A stretch of DNA of 64,000 nucleotides from an uncultured delta proteobacterium (GCA_963712115.1 CAVQGX010000011.1:22048-86047); one strand, 5' to 3'. Positions 10,419-21,505 are shown, counted from the first letter of the stretch. The notes: a model not told the origin generated them from the sequence alone. Numbers and translations: made by a program.

Positions 10419-12584
10419 ATGAGTGGACTCAAGAAAAAGATCGTTTGGAACCAGGCTATGTTGTTTGTTTATGTTGTTCTAATCCTTGGACTGCCCTACC
10501 TCTGGCTCAGTGTCGACTTGGCAGATGGTCAGGTCCGCCCTTTTCTGGCTATTTACACTGTTGAAGCGGTCTTACTGCTTGGCCTCTTTATGCTTTTGCC
10601 ACTGCAGTACGGCCGACAACTCCTTTCACTCGAAAGAGCCATTTCTACTGGTGGTGAGTTGGATTTCCAGGAGACGGCCGCAACCCTACGGTTGGGTGCT
10701 AGATTGCCAGGAAGGTTGGCCTTGGCCCTCTTTGCGGCAGGATGTGGAATTTTTTTGCTGGGAACTCTGGCCATGAGGTTGATGGCTCATTTCAACCTGG
10801 CTCAGAGCCTCCAGAGCCTTCTGGCAGGACTGGTTATATGTTTGCTTTACTCTATTTTTAGCCTTTTTACAGCGGAGGCTATCACTATCCCGGCGATGGC
10901 AGAGATGATGAGCAGCTTGCCAGAACGGGTATCCCTGAGGGGCATGAGTCTTTCCCAGAAGCTTTGGGTCACTTGTGGTTCGCTGGTTCTCATCGCCGTT
11001 CTTTTCGTGAGTTCAATCAGCTATGTGGAAAGCAAAAAAGCCCTGGAAAGTCAGGCAATGGAAGCTCAGCGTGTCAAGCTTGACCTGGTTTCCAGCACCC
11101 AAGACTGGAAAAATTTAGCAGACCACAAAAAAATAGAGAGGCTTGAGGAGGTACTGGAAAAGTTGAAACTTGGTGGTTCCACTTCGGCCTATTTGCTTGC
11201 TGGCAATGGATCCTTAATTGCCAGCCACCCGCGGGGATCGAATCCGGTACTGCCGGAGGGGCTAATAAGCGAATTGGCGCGGACGCCTTTCGGCACCTAT
11301 GTGGAAAAACTTCAGGGCAGGATCTACGCCTTCCAGAGGGTAGAAGGCTTGAACGGTTTTTTGGTAAGCGAAGCAGACAGCAGTGGATTCTTCTCTCCCT
11401 TGCGAAATGTTTTCTGGATGACCAGCCTCGCCTCCTTGATCATACTCATTATTGGATTTTACCTTGCCTATATTCTTTCCGGTAATTTTACCAAGCCTCT
11501 AAGCAAATTGGGGAGGTATGCCAGAAAGATTTCAGAGGGAGAGATCTCCGAGAAAGTCGCCCTCGCATCCGGCGATGAAGTGGGAATGCTAGCTGATGCC
11601 TTCGACTCGATGCACCAGAACTTCACCTTGCTGGCCGGACAGGCACAGAAAATCGCCGACGGAGATTTTAGCCAACGGGTGATCTTCCCAGGCCCCTTCG
11701 GCAAGGCAATCAACGCCATGGTGAACAATCTTCGGGAGATGACCGGGCAGAGTCAGGCGGCAGCTTCGCGCATTGGCAGCTCCTCCAGCGAGATTGTCTC
11801 GGCAGCTCAGCAGCAGGCGAGTGGAGCGGCTCAACAAGCAGCTTCGGTGAGTGAAACCACCGCAACCATGGAGGAACTCAGCACAACTGCCCGGCAGATT
11901 GCCGAAAACAGCAACGCCGTAACCGCAGTGGCTGAAGAGACCCTGAAGAGCGCCGAAGAAGGACAGGATTTCATGGAAGAGAGTACCAAAAGCATGGTCC
12001 TGATGCGGAGTAAAACCGAAGAAAGTGCCGAGAAAATTCTCAGACTTGGTCAAAAAAGCCAGCAAATTGGTGAAATTATTGATATCATTAATGAAATAGC
12101 TATAGAAACCAAAATGCTCTCCCTCAATGCGGCCATTGAAGCGGCAAAAGCAGGGGAGGCGGGGAAAGGTTTCTCAGTGGTGGCCGGAGAGATCCGCCGC
12201 CTAGCCGAAGATGTGGTGAAATCTACGGGTACCATCCGGGATGTGCTCCTGGAGATCCAATCGGCCGCAAATGCTTCGGTGCTTGCAGCTGAGGAGAACG
12301 TCAAGGGAGTTGAGGAAGGGGAAGTACGGTTGAACAAGGTGCGGGACGCATTGGAAAACATTATTGCCATGGCTGAACAAACTGCGGAGTCGGCGAGGCA
12401 GATCTCTGTGGCCACAAACCAACAGAAAGAGGCGAGCGAACAGGTGGTAAACACCATGAGGGAAATCTCTAAGGTGGCACAGCAAACCGCGGCAGCCTCA
12501 AAGAACACTATCTCCTCGGCTAGCGATCTCAACCGGCTTGCAGAGGAACTCCGATCAAGGGTAAGTGAGTTTAAGATTGAGTAA
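10419..12584 (+). CDS. Methyl-accepting chemotaxis protein
   Basis: Several N-terminal TM segments, Cache-like region, HAMP, and signalling hairpin LSLNAAIEAAKAGEAGKGFSVVAGEIRRLAE. Confidence 0.93.
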   Translation: MSGLKKKIVWNQAMLFVYVVLILGLPYLWLSVDLADGQVRPFLAIYTVEAVLLLGLFMLLPLQYGRQLLSLERAISTGGELDFQETAATLRLGARLPGRLALALFAAGCGIFLLGTLAMRLMAHFNLAQSLQSLLAGLVICLLYSIFSLFTAEAITIPAMAEMMSSLPERVSLRGMSLSQKLWVTCGSLVLIAVLFVSSISYVESKKALESQAMEAQRVKLDLVSSTQDWKNLADHKKIERLEEVLEKLKLGGSTSAYLLAGNGSLIASHPRGSNPVLPEGLISELARTPFGTYVEKLQGRIYAFQRVEGLNGFLVSEADSSGFFSPLRNVFWMTSLASLIILIIGFYLAYILSGNFTKPLSKLGRYARKISEGEISEKVALASGDEVGMLADAFDSMHQNFTLLAGQAQKIADGDFSQRVIFPGPFGKAINAMVNNLREMTGQSQAAASRIGSSSSEIVSAAQQQASGAAQQAASVSETTATMEELSTTARQIAENSNAVTAVAEETLKSAEEGQDFMEESTKSMVLMRSKTEESAEKILRLGQKSQQIGEIIDIINEIAIETKMLSLNAAIEAAKAGEAGKGFSVVAGEIRRLAEDVVKSTGTIRDVLLEIQSAANASVLAAEENVKGVEEGEVRLNKVRDALENIIAMAEQTAESARQISVATNQQKEASEQVVNTMREISKVAQQTAAASKNTISSASDLNRLAEELRSRVSEFKIE

Positions 12585-12682
12585 ATGGTTAAAATGTACA
12601 AAAATGCGCTAAAATGTCTAAAACTGTTCAAATAATTAGAGATTATATTTTTTCTGACTACAACGGAACAATGAGCTAGTCA

Positions 12683-12707
12683 GTAGGGCGGGGTTGCCCC
12701 CCGCCCG
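12683..12707 (+). repeat. REP-like GTAG hairpin
   Basis: GTAG-GGCGGGG-TTG-CCCCCGCCC; single copy in this window. Confidence 0.35.
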
Positions 12708-12747
12708 ATAAGTTCGGCGTCAACCGACAACGGACGGCATTGGGTCC

Positions 12748-15363
12748 ATGAATGAAGATAACGATCTGTTTTTGACCTTAAAAGATGATTATCGGGAAGC
12801 ACTCGAGCAGTTCAATGATGCTTTGCTGCGGTTGGAGACAAATCCAGAAGATCATGATTCGCTGGAAAGAGCAAGCCGTCAGCTGCACAACATTAAAGGA
12901 TTCGCCAATCGGCTGAGGGCGCCCACGCTTGGCCAACTGGCCCACATATTTGAAGACGTCTTGGTGGCAATAGATGCGGGCCGCTTACCCTTCGATGAAT
13001 CTCTCGCCAACCTTTTCTTTGATGGAATAGATCTGTTTGTTCACTACCTAAGAAGCAGAGAAGTGGATCCCGGCAAGGTGGCCGAGCTGGTTGAGGAAGT
13101 GGAGCCTCTGCTCTTCACTGCCATCAAAGAAATCGAAGAGGAAACTGCCCCCGAGGACATGGAAGCGCTCCTACCAGATTTTATTGCCGCTGCTCGCGAC
13201 AATGTGGAGGCCATTAACCTTGGCCTGGCAGTTCTGGAGAAAGAGCCAGCAAACAGTGAGATCTTGCAAGAAGTCTACAGAAACGCCCATAGTCTCAAAG
13301 GTTCGGCCATGACTATGGGATTTGAGCGGATGGGAAAGCTGGCTCACCACATGGAGGACGTGCTTCGGGCCCTGCAAAAGAACCAATTGCCAGTAACAAC
13401 AGAAGCGTGCGACGCCCTGTACGAGACCAATGATGCCCTTACGGTAATGTTCGATACCCTTGCGGCCAGCAAAAGGATCAGAGTTGACGCGGAGAGCACC
13501 ATGGCGCGGCTTGCCAATTTACTGCCTGAGCTTCAGCCTGCAGAAGGCGCCAGGGTGGCAGAGGTGGTTAGACCCATTACTGACCCGACACCAGTCAGTG
13601 AGACCAGCGTCTCGACCATGGATACTGTTAGGGTGACGACAGCAAAATTGGATGAACTTGTGAACCTGGCAGCCGAGGCGGCTGTGGCTCACCTACACCT
13701 TTCAAGCGAAATTGACAAGCTAATGCAAATCCGAGATAGGTGGCAACAGCTGCGACTTCACGAATACGGTGCTCTTCAACTGGCTGAGCCAGCTAGAGAA
13801 ACGGGTTTAGTAAAAAAACTCTTTAAACTTGGAGACTCCCTGGAGGAAATGGGCCGTCGGTTGCAGGATGCCGCAGAAAATGCCGGTCGTCACATTGAAA
13901 CCTTGCAGCATCGCAGCATGGAGATTCGCATGTTGCCTCTGGCCTTGGTTTTGAATACTTTACCCAGGGCAGTGCGTGATCTGAGCCGGCAATTCGGCAA
14001 AAAGGTTGCATTTACCGTAAAGGGAGAACAGACAACTATCGACAAACGCATCCTCGAGCAAATAGGCGATCCTCTGATTCATCTGCTGCGCAACGCCCTG
14101 GACCACGGGCTGGAGACGCCCAGTGCCAGACGAAACGCTGGTAAGCCAGAGATCGGAACAATCAGACTGGAGGCAAAGCAAGAAGGAGCCAAAGTACTTG
14201 TCATCCTGGAAGACGACGGTCGGGGCATTGATTCCCAACTCCTGAAAAAAGCGGCCTTAGACAAGGGTCTGGTGGATGAAAAGGAGGTTGCAGGTTGGAC
14301 CGAGGCTCAGCTTCTTGAGCTTGTCTTTTTCCCAGGCCTGAGCACAAGTGGCCTGGTCACTGATATCTCTGGGCGTGGAGTGGGGATGGATGTGGTACGT
14401 GCCAATGTGGAACGGCTAAAAGGTCAGGTGGAGGTCGCTTCGGAACTGGGCAAAGGGACTACTTTTACCATATCCTTACCCCTTACCCTGGCAACAGTCC
14501 ATGCACTCATGGTTAAGTGCGCGGGTGAAGTCCTGGCCGTTCCCGCTTTCTCTGTGGCCAAGACCTTTCAAGTCCCTTTGCAGGAGATCAAGTCTATCCA
14601 GGGACGGCAGGCAGTGGTGCATCAGGAAGAGATTCTGCCGGTGCGAAGTCTTGCCGCCACTTTGGGCTGGAAAGAAAGGAATGGCGGTCCGTTGAAGGAA
14701 GGCAAGGCTCTGATCGTAATCCTTCAAGCTGGAGAGCGCAAGGTAGGCTTCCTTGTCGAGGATATATTGGGGGAGCTCGAGATTGTCAGCAAAGACCTGG
14801 GGACCCATCTCAGGAAAGTAGACTATGTGGCAGGTGCCACCATTCTTGGTTCTGGTGAGGTGGCTATTATTTTAGATGTACCCCAGCTGTTGTGGGGCGG
14901 GCATGCTGAAGTAAGAACGAAGGAGGGGGTAGCGGCAGAGGAGGTCAGCTCGACACTTGGCCAGTTGATCTTGGTGGTAGAAGATCAGGTGGTGACCCGG
15001 CAGATGGAAAAAAGCATCTTGGAAGCGGCCGGCTATCAAGTGGTCACTGCGGAGAACGGTCTGGATGCACTGAACAGATTGGGGCAACAGGACTTTGACC
15101 TGGTGCTTACAGATGTCCTAATGCCGAAAATGGACGGTTTTACTCTCACCAGGAAAATTCGCTCCAATGAAAAAACCAAGGATTTACCAGTGGTGGTTGT
15201 GACCTCAATGGAGAGTGAGGAGGACAAGAGACGGGGTCTGGAGGCTGGTGCCAACGCCTATCTAATCAAAAGCAGCTTTGATCAGAAACATTTGATTGAA
15301 ACCATAGAGACCTTGCTGGGGAAAGGCAGTAAGCAGTTATCTAGATTAGGCACTAGGGACTAA
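12748..15363 (+). CDS. cheA: Hybrid CheA kinase with two Hpt domains, HATPase, CheW and REC
   Basis: HNIKG and HSLKG Hpt motifs, HLLRNALDHG, DDGRGID, SGRGVGMDVV, C-terminal REC. Confidence 0.93.
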   Translation: MNEDNDLFLTLKDDYREALEQFNDALLRLETNPEDHDSLERASRQLHNIKGFANRLRAPTLGQLAHIFEDVLVAIDAGRLPFDESLANLFFDGIDLFVHYLRSREVDPGKVAELVEEVEPLLFTAIKEIEEETAPEDMEALLPDFIAAARDNVEAINLGLAVLEKEPANSEILQEVYRNAHSLKGSAMTMGFERMGKLAHHMEDVLRALQKNQLPVTTEACDALYETNDALTVMFDTLAASKRIRVDAESTMARLANLLPELQPAEGARVAEVVRPITDPTPVSETSVSTMDTVRVTTAKLDELVNLAAEAAVAHLHLSSEIDKLMQIRDRWQQLRLHEYGALQLAEPARETGLVKKLFKLGDSLEEMGRRLQDAAENAGRHIETLQHRSMEIRMLPLALVLNTLPRAVRDLSRQFGKKVAFTVKGEQTTIDKRILEQIGDPLIHLLRNALDHGLETPSARRNAGKPEIGTIRLEAKQEGAKVLVILEDDGRGIDSQLLKKAALDKGLVDEKEVAGWTEAQLLELVFFPGLSTSGLVTDISGRGVGMDVVRANVERLKGQVEVASELGKGTTFTISLPLTLATVHALMVKCAGEVLAVPAFSVAKTFQVPLQEIKSIQGRQAVVHQEEILPVRSLAATLGWKERNGGPLKEGKALIVILQAGERKVGFLVEDILGELEIVSKDLGTHLRKVDYVAGATILGSGEVAIILDVPQLLWGGHAEVRTKEGVAAEEVSSTLGQLILVVEDQVVTRQMEKSILEAAGYQVVTAENGLDALNRLGQQDFDLVLTDVLMPKMDGFTLTRKIRSNEKTKDLPVVVVTSMESEEDKRRGLEAGANAYLIKSSFDQKHLIETIETLLGKGSKQLSRLGTRD

Positions 15364-15524
15364 GCACTACAACTCGGAACGGGGAACGTGGAATCGCAGA
15401 AACAAAGACAAAACTTACTGGGACTCGCTTTGTCGAAACATTCCGAATTCTGCGTTCCGAATTCCGCGTTCTCATCCTTGGTGCCTAGTCAAAAATACCG
15501 CTAACCCCTTAGCCAAACGACAAC

Positions 15525-16652
15525 ATGACAGCTGAACGGGACAATCGAAATATGAAGGATACCGAGGGCCGCGAGCCGATTCGGGTACTTATTGTAGATG
15601 ATGTGAAAAGCGCCCGGGATCTGCTCGAAGAAATCCTGACCACTGACCCACGATTTCAGGTGGTGGGAGCAGTAGGGGATGGATTGGAGGCCGTGGCCAC
15701 TGCTTTGAAAATGAGGCCCGATCTAGTTACCATGGACATCCGACTTCCCGGGATTGACGGTTTTCAGGCAGTGGAGCGGATTTTGGCTGTATTCCCGGTT
15801 CCCATTGTAATGATCACCGCCTCTATGGGTAAGCAGGAGGAGAAGCTCTTTCGCGCCATTACGGCCGGTGCACTGGACGTCCTCGACAAGCAGGAGCTCT
15901 ACTTATGGCGTACTCGGCCGGAGATTAGGAATAGCTTCCTAAGAAGATTGCGCATCCTGGCTTCCACCAGGGTAAAGCGGGTGCCGGGATTCATTTCTAC
16001 TGAGTGTGAACCACTTCTTACTTTCCGCCGCCCCCAGAGAAGACCAGCAGAGTCTCCTCTGGTGGTGGCAATCGCAGCTTCCACAGGAGGGCCAACCGCA
16101 CTTGTAAAGGTTTTGAGGGGCATTTCCCCTCAGGTAAGTGCCGCCTTCCTTGTTGTTCAGCATATGAGCAGAGGATTTCTGGAAGGGTTGGTCCGCTGGC
16201 TAGATAACGAAGTGGAACTTGAGGTGAAGAAGGCCCAGGAAGGAGATGCGCTTGAGGCTGGAGTAGTTCTGGTAGCCCCTGGGGATCAACATATGATGGT
16301 CACCGAGGTGGATACTGTGCGCCTTAACAGATCCCTGCCGATTAATGGCCACCGACCGTCGGCTGAGGTGCTCTTTGATTCAGTAGCCAGCAATTATGGG
16401 AAGCGAGGGGCTGGCGTCATCCTCACCGGCATGGGGTCCGACGGGGCGGAGGGGCTGAAAAGTCTCCGACTTTGTGGTGGACACACAATAGCCCAAGATG
16501 AACAGACCAGTATAATCTTCGGGATGCCCAGGGCGGCAATTGAACTAGATGCAGCTGAGATCGTTCTCCCGCTGGATGAGATTGGATCTCAGATTATGAA
16601 GTGGATTTCTGAGCAGGAAGATAGAAAAAACTGTACTAAATTGCCCCTGTGA
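15525..16652 (+). CDS. cheB: Chemotaxis methylesterase CheB (REC plus esterase)
   Basis: ASTGGP, VQHM, ILTGMGSDG and AQDE motifs; start may instead be 15552. Confidence 0.94.
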   Translation: MTAERDNRNMKDTEGREPIRVLIVDDVKSARDLLEEILTTDPRFQVVGAVGDGLEAVATALKMRPDLVTMDIRLPGIDGFQAVERILAVFPVPIVMITASMGKQEEKLFRAITAGALDVLDKQELYLWRTRPEIRNSFLRRLRILASTRVKRVPGFISTECEPLLTFRRPQRRPAESPLVVAIAASTGGPTALVKVLRGISPQVSAAFLVVQHMSRGFLEGLVRWLDNEVELEVKKAQEGDALEAGVVLVAPGDQHMMVTEVDTVRLNRSLPINGHRPSAEVLFDSVASNYGKRGAGVILTGMGSDGAEGLKSLRLCGGHTIAQDEQTSIIFGMPRAAIELDAAEIVLPLDEIGSQIMKWISEQEDRKNCTKLPL

Positions 16653-16788
16653 AGGTTGGCATAAACAGTGACGAAACCTACCCGGTGACATTCTTGCCCT
16701 GGGGAATTCAGCTTTGCTGGCCCGCCTAAGGCGGGATTCCATAGGGCGGGCTCATTTCACCGGGGTTTGCATTTTAGGTGTCCAATTC

Positions 16789-18279
16789 ATGGATCAAGGC
16801 AGATCATCAAATAAAATTGCGGAATTAAAACTGAGTGAGAATGAGTTCCGCAGCTTTCGCGATCTAATTGCAGGGAGATCCGGAATTTATTTTGATCCCG
16901 GCAAGCAGGAATCGCTGAAGGATAATCTGCTGCAGAGAATGGCAGATTGTGGCCTCAGTACTTTTGCCGACTATTTCAATCTCCTGTCGTCCCCGGACGG
17001 GACCAAAGAATTCGATCATTTGCTCAACTTGATAACAATCCCGGAAACTTATTTCTTCCGTGACCGAGGACAGTTCAGAGCTCTTGAACGCTTTGTGATT
17101 CCAGAGATAGTTAAAAAGAAAACTTATCCGGGAACATCACTGCGAATCTGGAGCGCTGGCTGTTCCACCGGCGAGGAGCCTTACACCATTGCCATGATTT
17201 TGGCGGCAGGAACGGTGGGTAGGCCAATCCAGATTCTAGCCACCGATGTGAGTCAGCATGCCCTGAAGGCGGCTCGTGAAGGAGTCTATACTGACCGTTC
17301 TGTCCGCGACATACCGCAAGAGTATCTAAACCGCTTTTTCACTAAAAAAGGGGATCAGTACTTACTGGATGAATCCATCAAGCAAATGGTGGAGTTTCGT
17401 TACTTTAATCTGGTAAGCGAGCCCTATCCACTAAGGGAGATGTCTGGCTGGGACATAATTTTTTGCCGCAATGTAACTATATATTTCCAAACTGAGGCCA
17501 CCAGGAAAGTGATACACAATTTCTATCTGAGTTTGCGCGAGGGTGGCTACCTTTTTGCCGGCTACTCAGAGAGCTTGCGCTATATCACCGATGAGTTTAA
17601 TACAGTGCAGATGGAAGGGGCTTTTTTTTATCAGAAAGGGGTACCGCAGAAAACGGTCAGGAAAAAAGCCAGAAAAATCAGAGGTCGGCGGGCAAGTACA
17701 GCCGGCATTACCAGGGGAAAAAAGCCGAAGGCTGGCGCAGGTTTAAACTCGGATGAGATAGAGCAGATCTGCGCCAAGGCAAAGGAACTCCTAGAGATGG
17801 GACAACCTGAACGAGCCAGTGAAATGTTGAATCCTTATCTGAGCGAGGCAACCGCTCCCGAAAGTGTTGTTCTGCTTCAGGCAGAAATTGCCCTCAACCG
17901 GGGCGAATTGGACAAAGCGGTGCAGCTGTGTGAAAGGCTGGTTCAGAGAGAGCCGCTATCTATTGCCGGCCACTACCTGCTGGGGATCATTTATCGAACA
18001 TGGGAAGATGAAGCCAGAGCCATAGAGGAGTTCAGAAAGGTATTGTACCTTGAACCGGAGCATGCCCTGGCCCGGTTCAACCTGGGAGAGCTCTACAGCC
18101 AGGTGGGACAATTTGATGAGGCAAGAGTTGAATATGCAAACGTGGTGCGGCTGTTGAAAGAAATGCCGAAATCGCTGGATGAGAGGTTTGCCGGGGGCTT
18201 TTCTTCGGCTCTACTCATCGACACTTGCTTGAGTAAGATCAAGGCCCTGGAGGCTGGGCCACTAGGCACTAGGGACTAA
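16789..18279 (+). CDS. cheR: CheR methyltransferase with C-terminal TPRs
   Basis: ETYFFRD, WSAGCSTGEEPY, IFCRNV, followed by TPR-like helices. Confidence 0.93.
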   Translation: MDQGRSSNKIAELKLSENEFRSFRDLIAGRSGIYFDPGKQESLKDNLLQRMADCGLSTFADYFNLLSSPDGTKEFDHLLNLITIPETYFFRDRGQFRALERFVIPEIVKKKTYPGTSLRIWSAGCSTGEEPYTIAMILAAGTVGRPIQILATDVSQHALKAAREGVYTDRSVRDIPQEYLNRFFTKKGDQYLLDESIKQMVEFRYFNLVSEPYPLREMSGWDIIFCRNVTIYFQTEATRKVIHNFYLSLREGGYLFAGYSESLRYITDEFNTVQMEGAFFYQKGVPQKTVRKKARKIRGRRASTAGITRGKKPKAGAGLNSDEIEQICAKAKELLEMGQPERASEMLNPYLSEATAPESVVLLQAEIALNRGELDKAVQLCERLVQREPLSIAGHYLLGIIYRTWEDEARAIEEFRKVLYLEPEHALARFNLGELYSQVGQFDEARVEYANVVRLLKEMPKSLDERFAGGFSSALLIDTCLSKIKALEAGPLGTRD

Positions 18280-18569
18280 TCACTCGGCACCAGCGCTTCG
18301 CTTTCGTTGAGCTGCGCGTCATTTGCCTTCGGCGTCATTAGGTCATTACGCTCCGCTGTCATTTGTTGTAAGAGGTAGGGATCAAGGGTCAGAGGGCAGA
18401 TTGCGGATAAGAGATGTGGGAAATGAGATTTGGGATAAAGGGATTTGAGATATTCGACACTCGATGCTCGATGACGATTTACCCTTTACTGCTTACCGTT
18501 TACCGCTCACGGCTGACTACTTAATCATACAGCTCATGCCTTGAGCCCCAGAACCAAGAGGTTCTTTAA

Positions 18570-19175
18570 ATGGAACTGGCAGGTTGGATTAAAGACTTGA
18601 CCGTCTGGGTAATTCACTGGTCCCAAACCCCCTATGGGGGACTGGCCCTTTTTGTGTTAGCTTTTTGCGAGTCGTCTTTTTTCCCTATTCCTCCGGACGC
18701 TCTTCTTATTGCCCTGTGTATGGCCAATCCGCCTGGGTCCTTTTGGTACGCGGCGATCTGCAGCCTAGGGTCTGTTCTCGGGGGCATCTTAGGCTACGGC
18801 CTGGGCCGTTTCGGTGGTCGCCCCTTACTCGAGCGCTGGGTTTCAGCCGAGCGTGTTCAATTAGTACAACGTTACTATCAGCGTTGGGATGTATGGGCTG
18901 TAGCTGTGGCAGGGTTCACCCCCATTCCTTACAAGGTATTTACTATAAGTGCCGGCGCGTTTTTCCTTAATATAATCCGTTTCATCATTGCATCACTTTT
19001 GAGTCGCAGTGCCAGATTTTTCCTGGTGGCTGGGCTTTTTTACTTCTTTGGTCCCACCATAAAACAGTTTATCCTCCGCTATTTCAATATCCTCAGCATT
19101 GTTTTTATAGTTCTGTTAATCCTGGGATTCTGGTTCATCAAAGTAAGTTCAAAACGGGCGATGCGGAATTCCTAA
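18570..19175 (+). CDS. YqaA/DedA (VTT domain) membrane protein
   Basis: ESSFFPIPPD and GFTPIPYKVF motifs. Confidence 0.9.
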   Translation: MELAGWIKDLTVWVIHWSQTPYGGLALFVLAFCESSFFPIPPDALLIALCMANPPGSFWYAAICSLGSVLGGILGYGLGRFGGRPLLERWVSAERVQLVQRYYQRWDVWAVAVAGFTPIPYKVFTISAGAFFLNIIRFIIASLLSRSARFFLVAGLFYFFGPTIKQFILRYFNILSIVFIVLLILGFWFIKVSSKRAMRNS

Positions 19176-19371
19176 GCGCAGAAGCGGCAGCGGAGCAACA
19201 AACCTTGGTGATTTTGCTCTTACATGGCTGTGTGCTGCATCATCCCGTCACCGCGTCTATGGCAACACGCAGGGGGGCTGGACTATTGCTGCAGAAAAGG
19301 ATTAAAATTTATAGTTAGCAAAAAACACATCCTATCCCCTATCTTGAAATTGTTGACATAGAGGCGAGTCT

Positions 19372-21502
19372 TTGACCACCAAACGATTACTTATAGGCCT
19401 TCCTATCATCGTCGTCCTCTTCCTTCTGCAGTCCTACTTCTGGGTGCCAACCTATGAAGAGCAGACCCGGGGTAACCCGGAGCGTCTGGAAGAATATGTG
19501 GCTGCCTCGATCGGTGACGCTCAGTTGCTTAATCCCACCCTATCAGCAGACAGTGCCAGCAGCGAGATCAATGGACTGGTCTTTGAGGGGTTGCTTGACT
19601 ATGATGAAAATCTGAACTTTCGACCCCGTCTGGCAACCAGCTGGGAAATATACGAAGAGGCTTACTTCTACCTGAATGAGGAGGCAGCAGTTCCTGGTCT
19701 CGAGAGGACAGATGCTAAGGGTATTGCGCGGCTGATCAATCAGGCCAGGAGAGTGCGCTCTCAGAGCCAGGATTCGTTTTCACAATCTTTGTCCAATATA
19801 GAAAAAGTTGAAATTCTGTCGCCGCAGCAGTTTCAGAGTCAGGTTTTGGAAACCGGACGGGATGGTAATAAAGTCAAGGTGCGATTAGGCATATCGGCGC
19901 CAGCGAGAATCAAGCTGACCCTGCAACGTGTTGATCAGGATCTGTTTAATAACCTGGCAAAACTCTTAGGACCAGGGTACTTTCCATCCTTTCGGGCCGA
20001 GCGCTATATTGAGGTTGAGCCGGCGGAATTCAATGCCAAAAAGAAGGAATACACCAGATCCTACCTGCCCGCCACGGAACACAATCCTGTCATAATTTTC
20101 CATCTTCGACCCGGAGTCAAGTTTCAAGACGGACACCCCTTTAATGCCGAAGATGTGAAGTTCACCTATGACACCATCATGGACCCGGCCAATATCTCAC
20201 CGCGTCTGCCAGATTATGAGCCAATTAAAACGCTGGAAGTCTTGGATCCCCTTACCCTTCGCGTCATTTATAAACGTTTGTACTCACCCGCTTTGGGTAC
20301 CTGGATGATGGGGATTTTGCCGGAACACTTGTTAAATGAAAAAACCCTACGTGAGGAGGCCCGGCGACGGGGTATGGATGGCGAAAGCATGTCAATTAGG
20401 CAGAGTCATTTTAACCGTAATCCCGCTAGGCTGCGGGCCTTTTGCCTTCCGTGAGTGGAAATCCGATCAATACATCCTGCTGGATCGTTTTGAAGAATAC
20501 TGGGAAGGTCCGCCAAACTACCATAAATATACCTATCGCATTGTGCCTGACATGTTGACTCAAGAGATGGAATTCTACGCGGGCACAGTTGATAGCTATG
20601 GAGTGCAGCCTCATCAGGTTCACCGCCTCAAAGATGATCCAAGGTATCAGAGTTTTTCCGGCTTGAGCTTTGGTTACACCTACATCGGTTACAATCTGCG
20701 CCGAGAACCCTTCGATGATGTTAGGGTCCGAAAGGCGCTGGGCATGGCCGTAGATGTGGATAAAATAATCCGTTATGTTCTCTATGGACAAGGGGAGCGG
20801 ATCACCGGCCCATTTCCAAAACAGACTGACTTCTATAACCATGGCATCCAGCCTCTTCCCTACAATCCTGAGAGCGCCTTGCGGTTGTTGGCCGAAGCTG
20901 GCTGGAAGCCAAACAAACAAGGATGGTTGGAGAAAAACGGTAAGCGCTTGGAGTTTACCTTGATCACCAACCAGGGCAACAACATACGCAAAGCCATCCT
21001 CTCAATTGTACAGGACTCCTGGCGCAAGATCGGAGTAGATGTGCGAACCGATTTGCTTGAATGGGCTGTATTCATCCAAGAGCGGGTGAACAAGTTGGAC
21101 TTTGATGCCCTGGTTCTGGGATGGTCAATGGGGATCGAGCCGGACCTCTACCAGATCTGGCACTCGAGCCAGATCGGCCCTTATCAGCTCAACTTCGTTG
21201 GGTTTTCCAACAGGGAGGCGGATGAGTTGATCATCAAGATCAGGCAGGAGTACGACCGTGAGCGGCAGATTGTCTACTGTCAGAGGCTGCATGAAATTAT
21301 CGCGGAAGAGCAGCCCTACACCTTTCTCTACGTGGGAAAGTGGACGGCCCTTCTGGACAAACGAATCGTTATCATGGTGAGGGACAAGGAAGGGCAGGTA
21401 GGTTACGAGAAGATCAAGCCTACCAAGACGGGTAATTACACTTTCTATTTCAACAAATGGATCAAACTGCCCGAAGTCCCAAACTTTGCAGCGGAGGGTT
21501 GA
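19372..21502 (+). pseudogene. Peptide ABC transporter substrate-binding protein (family 5), split by a 1-bp frameshift near 20422
   Basis: ORFs 19372..20454 and 20336..21502 join as RNP-LGCGPF if one C is removed from AATCCCGCTAGGC; could be a sequencing error. Confidence 0.8.
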
Positions 21503-21505
21503 TTG

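Noticed and set aside
16719-16737. CCGCCTAAGGCGG palindrome (also near 35572)
   Set aside because: Only two short copies; probably REP-like, but too little to define a feature.
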